Sequence record: SRR20825006_124
Reading direction: 5' to 3' (one strand)
Length of the DNA: 34,704 nucleotides
Shown here: positions 28,068 to 34,704 of the stretch, one piece after another
Layout: the number at the start of each line of letters is the position of its first letter
Position numbering within the stretch: position 1 is the first letter of the stretch
Position numbers and translations under genes: made by a program
The notes under the pieces: model-generated
Databases searched by the model: none
What the model saw: only the letters and a program-made list of their open reading frames with translations
What the model was told of the DNA's origin: nothing

Positions 28068-30800
28068 TTAATCGTCAGAAATATTAGGATTGAGCCATTT
28101 TTCTGCGAGACGTGTTTCAATATTTTTCCGCTTTGCGAAATCACTTACTTGGTCCATTTTAATTTTCCCCAGCCCGAAATAGCGCGCCTGCGGATTCGCA
28201 AAATAATACCCGCTCACTGAAGCTGCCGGCCACATAGCCAAGCTTTCGGTCAATTCAACACCTATGGTTTCTTTCACTTGAAGCACATCCCAAATAGTTA
28301 GTTTTTCTAAGTGATCAGGACAAGCAGGATATCCTGGCGCAGGACGTATCCCTTTATATTCCTCTTTAATTAACTGATCATTATTTAAAACTTCATCGCT
28401 AGCATAGCCCCAATGTTCCTTACGTACACGTTCGTGTAAGTATTCGGCAAAGGCTTCAGCAAAACGATCGGCCAGCGCTTTTACCATAATACTGTTATAA
28501 TCGTCGTGTTCTGCCTCATATTTGGCAGCCAATTCTTGTGTCCCAAAACCGGCGGTAACACAAAAGCAGCCCATATAATCCTGTTTTCCGCTTTCTTTAG
28601 GAGCGATGAAATCTGAAAGTGCAATATTGGGTTTTCCGGAAGCCTTTTTGCTTTGTTGTCTCAAGGTTCTGAAAATGAATTTTTCTTCGTTCTCAACTGC
28701 GCCCGAAGTGACAATCTCGATATCGTCGTCATTGATCGTATTGGCAGGAAACAGTCCGAAAATCGCTTTAGCCTTCAGTAATTTTTCGTCTAAAATCTTT
28801 TTAAGAATCTCCTTTGCGTCCGCAAATAATTCTTGTGCTTGAGCGCCCACAACATCGTCTTCCAGAATATCAGGGTATTTTCCGTGCAGATCCCAACTGC
28901 GGAAAAACGGCGACCAGTCAATATACGGCACAAGTTTATCAAGGTCAAATTCTTCAATAACCTGTATTCCTAATTGATTAGGCTTATACGCTTCAAAAGC
29001 CTCCCAATCTAACTTCCATTTATTTTCACGCGCCTGATCGATCGTTAGAAAATCACGTTTTTTTCCTCGTGTTAAAAAGCGCTCTCTAAATAGCGCGTAT
29101 TCTTCTTTGATCCCGGCTTTATAGGTTACTGAAGAATCAGGGTTGAGCAGATCGCCAACTACGGTAACGGCTCGTGAAGCGTCATTTACATGGACAACCG
29201 ACTCCGGATATTCAGGATCGATTTTAACTGCGGTATGCGCTTTACTTGTGGTTGCACCACCAATGAGTAATGGCACTTTAAAATCTTGACGTTTCATCTC
29301 TTTTGCGAGAAAAACCATTTCATCAAGCGAAGGTGTGATCAAGCCACTTAAGCCTATAATATCAACATTTTTTTCTTTTGCAGTAGCAATAATTTTTTCC
29401 GGCGGAACCATAACTCCAAGGTCTATGATCTCATAGTTATTACACGCCAATACCACGCTCACTATATTTTTACCTATATCGTGCACATCACCTTTTACGG
29501 TCGCCATCAACACAAGGTTAGACTTCTCTTTTTCTGAAGCCGGCGGCGGGTTTTTCAACTTTTCTTCTTCGATATACGGCAATAAATGAGCTACCGCTTT
29601 TTTCATCACACGCGCCGATTTTACCACCTGGGGAAGGAACATTTTTCCATCACCAAAAAGATCACCCACGACGTTCATACCGGTCATCAAGTGCCCTTCG
29701 ATCACGTGCAAAGGTTTTTCTGAAGCCAGACGGGCTTCTTCTACATCTTCAAGAATATACGCATCAATACCTTTTACCAAGGCTCGTGTAATACGATCTT
29801 GTAAAGGTTCTTCTCGCCAAGAAAGATCAACGGTTTTTTCTTTAGCCGTTCCTTTTACGCTTTCGGCAAAATCAAGAAGACGCTCAGTTGCATCATCACG
29901 ACGGTCTAGAATCACATCTTCAACGTGTTCTAAAAGATCTTTAGGAATATCATCATAAACCTCAAGCATCGTAGGATTTACGATACCAATATTCATCCCG
30001 GCTTTAATCGCGTGATATAAAAACACGGAGTGCATCGCTTCGCGCACCACGTTATTTCCTCTAAAACTAAAAGAAACATTGCTCACCCCACCACTTACAT
30101 GGGCGTGCGGCAAGTTTTCTTTCACCCATTTTGTAGCTCTTATAAAGTCAAGAGCGTTGAGGCGGTGCTCCTCCATACCAGTTGCTACCGGAAAAATATT
30201 TAAGTCAAAAATGATATCCTCCGGCGGAAAACCAACTTGGTCCACAAGGATGTCATAGCTACGCTTAACGATCTCTATACGACGGTCATAATTATCAGCC
30301 TGACCTATTTCGTCAAAAGCCATTACGATAACCGCTGCGCCGTAGCGTTTTATTTTTTTTGCGTGATCAATAAATTCAGCCTCACCTTCTTTTAAACTTA
30401 TAGAATTTACAACACACTTACCTTGTACCACTTGCAACCCTGCTTCGATGATATCCCATTTTGAACTGTCGATCATAATGGGAACGCGTGAAATATCAGG
30501 TTCTGCGGCAATAAGGTTTAAGAAAGTCACCATCGCCTTCTTTCCGTCGATAAGTCCGTCGTCCATATTGATATCAATGATCTGGGCACCACCTTCAACC
30601 TGATCACGAGCGATATCTAAAGCTTCGTCAAACTTTTCTTCATTAATAAGTCTTAAGAATTTTCTAGATCCAGCGACATTAGTACGCTCTCCAACGTTAA
30701 CAAAGTTGCTTTCAGGAGTTACAATAAGCGGTTCTAGACCGCTTAATCTTAAGAACCTCGCCGTTTCATTCTTTTTAGCTTTATTCAAATCAGCTTCCAT
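28068..30800 (-). CDS. metH: Cobalamin-dependent methionine synthase: pterin-binding, cap, B12-binding and activation domains
   Basis: [30 protein letters not shown]12 motif [17 protein letters not shown] and [12 protein letters not shown]. The ATG at 30800 is preferred. Confidence 0.96.
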   Translation of the reverse strand: MEADLNKAKKNETARFLRLSGLEPLIVTPESNFVNVGERTNVAGSRKFLRLINEEKFDEALDIARDQVEGGAQIIDINMDDGLIDGKKAMVTFLNLIAAEPDISRVPIMIDSSKWDIIEAGLQVVQGKCVVNSISLKEGEAEFIDHAKKIKRYGAAVIVMAFDEIGQADNYDRRIEIVKRSYDILVDQVGFPPEDIIFDLNIFPVATGMEEHRLNALDFIRATKWVKENLPHAHVSGGVSNVSFSFRGNNVVREAMHSVFLYHAIKAGMNIGIVNPTMLEVYDDIPKDLLEHVEDVILDRRDDATERLLDFAESVKGTAKEKTVDLSWREEPLQDRITRALVKGIDAYILEDVEEARLASEKPLHVIEGHLMTGMNVVGDLFGDGKMFLPQVVKSARVMKKAVAHLLPYIEEEKLKNPPPASEKEKSNLVLMATVKGDVHDIGKNIVSVVLACNNYEIIDLGVMVPPEKIIATAKEKNVDIIGLSGLITPSLDEMVFLAKEMKRQDFKVPLLIGGATTSKAHTAVKIDPEYPESVVHVNDASRAVTVVGDLLNPDSSVTYKAGIKEEYALFRERFLTRGKKRDFLTIDQARENKWKLDWEAFEAYKPNQLGIQVIEEFDLDKLVPYIDWSPFFRSWDLHGKYPDILEDDVVGAQAQELFADAKEILKKILDEKLLKAKAIFGLFPANTINDDDIEIVTSGAVENEEKFIFRTLRQQSKKASGKPNIALSDFIAPKESGKQDYMGCFCVTAGFGTQELAAKYEAEHDDYNSIMVKALADRFAEAFAEYLHERVRKEHWGYASDEVLNNDQLIKEEYKGIRPAPGYPACPDHLEKLTIWDVLQVKETIGVELTESLAMWPAASVSGYYFANPQARYFGLGKIKMDQVSDFAKRKNIETRLAEKWLNPNISDD

Positions 30801-30826
30801 ATTCAATCTTAATTCGTATCCGTTCG

Positions 30827-31840
30827 CTAGGCGTTAGTAGCCTGTGGCAACGGTCTTGGCTTATATTCTTTAACGAGTTGCGCAATCGCGCTAATGTGTT
30901 CTGGAGTGGTCCCGCAACAACCGCCAATGATGTTGATCAATTGTTTGTCTAAATATTCTTTAATTTGAGCTGCCATTTCCTCTGGAGTCTCATCATATTC
31001 TCCAAAAGCATTAGGCAGACCGGCATTAGGATAAGCCGATATCGCAAAATTAGATTTGCCTGAAACCACCTCTAAATATGGTGTAAGTTGCTTTGCCCCT
31101 AAAGCGCAGTTGAATCCCACAGACAGTAAAGGAAGGTGACCCACTGAGATTAAAAAGGCCTCAGCAGTTTGCCCGGAAAGGGTGCGCCCGGAAGCATCGG
31201 TAATTGTACCGCTTACCATCACCGGAATTTCAATATTACGTTCTTCTTTAATCTCTTCAATCGCGAATAATGCAGCTTTTGCATTAAGCGTATCAAAAAC
31301 AGTTTCGACCAGAAGAATATCTACGCCGCCATCAATTAAAGCTTCGGCCTGTTGCTTATAAGCAATGCGTAGCTCATCAAACGAAATCGCTCTAAAACCT
31401 GGATCATTTACATCTGGAGACATACTCGCGGTTTTGTTAGTAGGACCAATAGCTCCCGCTACAAAGCGCGGTTTTTCTGGCTCTAGCGCAGTAAACTCAA
31501 GCGCTACTTTCTTAGCAATTTTTGCAGATTCAAAATTGAGTTCGTACACAAATTCTTCCATCCCATAATCTGCCATGGCTATGGTAGTACCGCTAAAAGT
31601 ATTGGTTTCTACAATATCTGCTCCCGCCTCAAAATATTTGGCGTGTACTTGCGCGATCGCATCGGGCTGGGTGATACTCAACATATCATTATTACCCTGT
31701 ACAGGAGTAGGCCAATCTTTAAAACGCTCTCCTCTAAAATCTTCTTCGGTGAACTTATAGCGTTGAAGCATGGTCCCCATCGCTCCATCTAAAATTAGAA
31801 TGCGCTTTTTAAGTTCCTCTTGAATGTTATTCTTACTCAT
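30827..31840 (-). CDS. metH: Methionine synthase homocysteine-binding module (N-terminal half of split MetH)
   Basis: [26 protein letters not shown], and zinc ligands GFNCALG and GGCCGT; start is 31840 or 31846. Confidence 0.93.
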   Translation of the reverse strand: MSKNNIQEELKKRILILDGAMGTMLQRYKFTEEDFRGERFKDWPTPVQGNNDMLSITQPDAIAQVHAKYFEAGADIVETNTFSGTTIAMADYGMEEFVYELNFESAKIAKKVALEFTALEPEKPRFVAGAIGPTNKTASMSPDVNDPGFRAISFDELRIAYKQQAEALIDGGVDILLVETVFDTLNAKAALFAIEEIKEERNIEIPVMVSGTITDASGRTLSGQTAEAFLISVGHLPLLSVGFNCALGAKQLTPYLEVVSGKSNFAISAYPNAGLPNAFGEYDETPEEMAAQIKEYLDKQLINIIGGCCGTTPEHISAIAQLVKEYKPRPLPQATNA

Positions 31841-31990
31841 AATCATTTCCTCCAAAAGTCTTTAGACTATTACTAACGTCTAAAAACACAACTTTCATTC
31901 TTGTATAAATCAATACTACTCTAGATCTTAGAGCAGTTTGCAAAATTAGGTTATTAAGAAAGCATATGGAAAGCCGATGAGACTTGTTTT

Positions 31991-32090
31991 TGTTATCTAT
32001 CGCTGATGTAGCGTAGAATGTAGCACCTTCTCCGAGAGGAGGGTTGCTAAGGTTTCATCGGGTCTAATCCCTCTACCTTTCTTGATAACA
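31991..32090 (-). ncRNA. SAM-I riboswitch aptamer
   Basis: Minus strand TGTTATC-AAGA-AAGGTAGAGGGATTAGACCCGATGAAACCTT-AGCAACC..GGTGCT-ACATTC..-AGATAACA. It shows P1 TGTTATC/GATAACA, ATCAAGA, kink-turn GAGGGA..CCCGATGA and P3 GCAACC/GGTGC, and lies upstream of metH-metF. Confidence 0.92.
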
Positions 32091-32348
32091 GCAATAAATA
32101 ATGAACTAGGATGCAAATATTGTAAATCGCATTGACAAAATGCAATTTTAAGAGCATAAATATTGTCATTTTTTAGGTCTGATTTTCGACGAAGAACGCT
32201 ATAACAACGAGTAAAAAATAACTTGTAAATCTTAACTAAGTTAAAAAAACCAACTAACATATTGATTTTTAGTAATTTAATTAATGATAATAAAATGTAT
32301 ATTTAAAAGTTAAATTTTGTTTCTTTACACAACCCAAATTCTAAGCTT

Positions 32349-32936
32349 ATGAGCAATACAACTACCTCACAATCATCACGTTTTAAAATCGTTAACTATG
32401 AGGATGCCTCTCCCGAGGTTCAGGCAATTTATGATGATACCAAACGAACGTTACAATTACCTTTTGTTTTAAATTGGTTTAAATGTCAAGGTTCAAACGC
32501 AACATTACTTAATGGAAACTGGACCAAGCTGAAGTCTACCTTGATGATGGGAGATGTGCCTAATGTTTTAAAACAGCTTATCATCTACAAAGTTTCTAAG
32601 GAGCGTAATTGTGAATATTGTGCACAAGCACACGGTATTTTTGCCGACAGCATGAGCGCTATGATTTCTGACAACCCTAGCTTTAGAGCAACTGAAGATC
32701 TTGAAAGCCCTCTTATTCCTGAAAGCTTTAAAACAGCGATCAAAATCGTGACCAAAGCTGCTTTGCACGCTAATCAAATAAGCGATGCAGATTTTAAACA
32801 GCTACAAGAAGTAGGCTTTGACGAAGGTGAAATACAAGAACTTATGGCACAGGCTGATTTAGTCAATATGCTGAATACCCTTGCCGATGTTTCAGGTATT
32901 AAAATTGACAATGAGCTCATGGAAGCTCAGGCCTAA
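32349..32936 (+). CDS. AhpD/carboxymuconolactone decarboxylase-like protein with CxxC
   Basis: EDASPEVQAIYD N-terminus, NCEYCAQAH (CxxCxxxH) and ISDADFKQLQEVGFDEGEIQEL...N.LAD C-terminus typical of peroxidase-related AhpD proteins. Confidence 0.82.
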   Translation: MSNTTTSQSSRFKIVNYEDASPEVQAIYDDTKRTLQLPFVLNWFKCQGSNATLLNGNWTKLKSTLMMGDVPNVLKQLIIYKVSKERNCEYCAQAHGIFADSMSAMISDNPSFRATEDLESPLIPESFKTAIKIVTKAALHANQISDADFKQLQEVGFDEGEIQELMAQADLVNMLNTLADVSGIKIDNELMEAQA

Positions 32937-32948
32937 TCATCTTTAGTT

Positions 32949-33800
32949 TTGAATCTTTCGGGCGCAAAGTATCGTATTACTTATGAAGCCTTTTCTAAAT
33001 TCTCCGGAAACTTAAGTAAAGTTGAGTCACTAGAAGAATTAGGCAAAATCATAAGTAGACACTTAAAATACCTGTTTAACTACAAGGTATTTAAAATCAT
33101 GATTTTGCATGAGCAATCGCTTGCGGGGTATACCTTTCTGCCCGGCAAAACAATCACGCATAACCAGCAACAAGATCTTGAACCTTATGAGCGCCTATTA
33201 CTTAAGGACAGAATTCCCTTTGTAAATTCAATTGATTCAACAGAATTACCAGAATACCTTAAAGATGTAAAACTAAATAATGGCAATTTATGGGGTTGGT
33301 TTTTAGCGTATTCTGAATATCAGATCTGTATTTCTCTTGTCTCTGATGATGACACGTATTTTAGCAGCTCAGACGTAGATATCGTTCATCTATTAGCCGA
33401 TAGTGTTGCGTCAAAATACAGACAAATCAGCCTAAGCGAGATCTTACAACAGAATAATATTCATTTGGAATCACTGGTTACAGAGATCGCTTGTAAAAAC
33501 AAAGAGATCAAAGCGATTAATGACAATCAACAACTCGTCATTGAAGCACGGACGGAAGAACTTCTTCAAAAGAATAAGAAGCTTTTTGAACTTTCTAGAT
33601 TGAATGCACACGATTTGAGAGAACCGCTTAGTCGCGTTTTAGGCTTACTCGAACTGGCTGAACATTTACCACAAGACGAACTGCGCTCTTCTATATTACC
33701 AAAAATTAAAGAAGCCTCTGGGCATTTAGACCAAGTTATACAGCGCGTAGTCACTCAAAGTGAAAAAGAGCTCATCAATATTAAATCATCTCAACCCTAA
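32949..33800 (+). CDS. Soluble sensor-like protein: possible GAF-like domain, coiled coil and HisKA phosphoacceptor; no HATPase domain
   Basis: H-box NAHDLREPLSRVLGLLEL, signalling-helix-like VIEARTEEL and second helix HLDQVI; ends about 60 aa after the His. The GAF call is tentative. Confidence 0.72.
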   Translation: MNLSGAKYRITYEAFSKFSGNLSKVESLEELGKIISRHLKYLFNYKVFKIMILHEQSLAGYTFLPGKTITHNQQQDLEPYERLLLKDRIPFVNSIDSTELPEYLKDVKLNNGNLWGWFLAYSEYQICISLVSDDDTYFSSSDVDIVHLLADSVASKYRQISLSEILQQNNIHLESLVTEIACKNKEIKAINDNQQLVIEARTEELLQKNKKLFELSRLNAHDLREPLSRVLGLLELAEHLPQDELRSSILPKIKEASGHLDQVIQRVVTQSEKELINIKSSQP

Positions 33801-34183
33801 TGACTACAAAGCCCCTAAAAGTGATGCTGGTTGATGATCAGAAAATGGCCAACTTTATCAATAAAAAATTGATAGAGATCAGTGGTTTCTCTAGTCACAT
33901 AATTGACTACACCATTCCTAATGCAGCGCTTTCAAATTTAGACAAAGATCAACCTGATCTTATATTTCTAGATTTAAATATGCCTGAAATTAACGGCTGG
34001 ACGTTTTTAGATATTCTTGAAAAAGATGAGCGCCCTACGCGTGTAGTTATCGTCACTTCAAGTACGAGTAGTATTGACAAAGAAAAGGCTCAGAAGTATG
34101 CTCGGGTTATTGACTTTTTAACTAAGCCACTCACCAAGAACACCATTCTAAGCCTTAAATCTAAATTGAATCTAGCAGGGTAG
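33800..34183 (+). CDS. Single-domain response regulator (receiver)
   Basis: MLVDD, PDLIFLDLNMP (phospho-Asp), VTSS and KPL; start overlaps the upstream stop (TAATG). Confidence 0.92.
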   Translation: MTTKPLKVMLVDDQKMANFINKKLIEISGFSSHIIDYTIPNAALSNLDKDQPDLIFLDLNMPEINGWTFLDILEKDERPTRVVIVTSSTSSIDKEKAQKYARVIDFLTKPLTKNTILSLKSKLNLAG

Positions 34184-34184
34184 A

Positions 34185-34703
34185 CTACTCAATAGCCTGC
34201 ACCACTGCTTTCTCTGCTTCTTTTCTTGATCCATCAAAACCATCTATACCACTCACCGTAGTATACTTCATCACATAGCGTTTTCCTGGGTTGATAATTT
34301 TATAGGCAGATTGACACATCATTGTCGCCTCGTGGAAACCACATAAAATCAACTTTAATTTACCGGGATAAGTATTAACATCACCAATGGCAAAAACACC
34401 GGGTATATTGGTTTGATAATCTAAGCTGTTATCTACTACAATAGCATTCTTTTCAATCTCAAGACCCCAGTTTGAAATAGGACCTAGTTTTGGCGAAAGA
34501 CCAAATAAAGGAATAAAAGCATCTGCTTCTACCGAAATTTGCTCTTCGTTCTTCTCTATTACCACTTCTTTAAGTTCATCTACACCACCAAGACCTACAA
34601 CCTCTGCCGGCGTGATCAAGTTGATCTTACCAAGCATTTTAAGCTCACGAACTTTTTCAACAGAATCTAAAGCTCCTCTAAATTCATTTCTTCGGTGTAC
34701 TAA
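34185..34703 (-). CDS. Ferredoxin-NADP reductase / TrxB-like FAD oxidoreductase (5'-partial)
   Basis: The frame stays open to the window edge (LVHRRNEFRGALDS...). Motifs HRRxxFR, TNIPGVFAIGD, YPGKLKLI..GFHEA and YTT. Confidence 0.88.
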   Translation of the reverse strand, partial: LVHRRNEFRGALDSVEKVRELKMLGKINLITPAEVVGLGGVDELKEVVIEKNEEQISVEADAFIPLFGLSPKLGPISNWGLEIEKNAIVVDNSLDYQTNIPGVFAIGDVNTYPGKLKLILCGFHEATMMCQSAYKIINPGKRYVMKYTTVSGIDGFDGSRKEAEKAVVQAIE

Positions 34704-34704
34704 A

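Noticed and set aside
28068-31855. metH in two ORFs as a possible pseudogene or novelty
   Set aside because: The split falls at a domain boundary, both parts have intact motifs and their own starts, and split MetH is common in Bacteroidota.
31997-32260. 87-aa minus-strand ORF upstream of metH
   Set aside because: It runs through the promoter region and the SAM-I aptamer, which explain the sequence; no protein-like features.
32232-32280. AT-rich imperfect palindromes (TTAACT-A-AGTTAA; TAACATATTGATTTTTAGTAATTTA) as a recombinase site or operator for the AhpD module
   Set aside because: The symmetry is short or weak in very AT-rich DNA, and no integrase or matching second site was found at the other end of the module.
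73-33754. Numerous 60-150 aa antisense or alternate-frame ORFs in the track (e.g. 73..342, 1083..1364, 13866..14180, 18558..19010, 22328..22648)
   Set aside because: They lie within or opposite well-supported genes and show no recognisable motifs; treated as shadow ORFs.

Overview
Bacterial chromosomal window, most likely from a marine Flavobacteriaceae (Bacteroidota). This assignment is inferred from gene content, TAnnTTTG -7 promoters, signal peptides ending before Gln, and a split metH. Contents from left to right: (1) the 3' part of a DUF4407-like membrane/coiled-coil gene; (2) an AraC-linked hydroxyproline catabolic operon (DapA-like deaminase, ketoglutarate-semialdehyde dehydrogenase, Hyp epimerase, FAD D-amino-acid dehydrogenase) interleaved with an exported S9 peptidase and a DUF885 putative metallopeptidase; (3) two small orphan genes, one missing from the ORF track; (4) an 11-gene minus-strand run from ruvC and hemW to an SDR; (5) an envelope block (GT2, lipoprotein, two PagL-like paralogues, GIN-domain lipoprotein, ArnT-like transferase); (6) a SAM-I riboswitch ahead of split metH and metF; (7) a three-gene module of an AhpD/CMD-like CxxC protein, a HisKA protein with no ATPase domain, and a stand-alone receiver; (8) the 3' part of a ferredoxin-NADP reductase-like gene. 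The best candidates for undescribed biology are module 7, the peptidase-linked Hyp operon with its structured intergenic element, the riboswitch expression platform, and a REP-like repeat read in frame inside metH. I saw no CRISPR array, tRNA, rRNA or transposase. All family calls come from motif recognition; no database searches were run.
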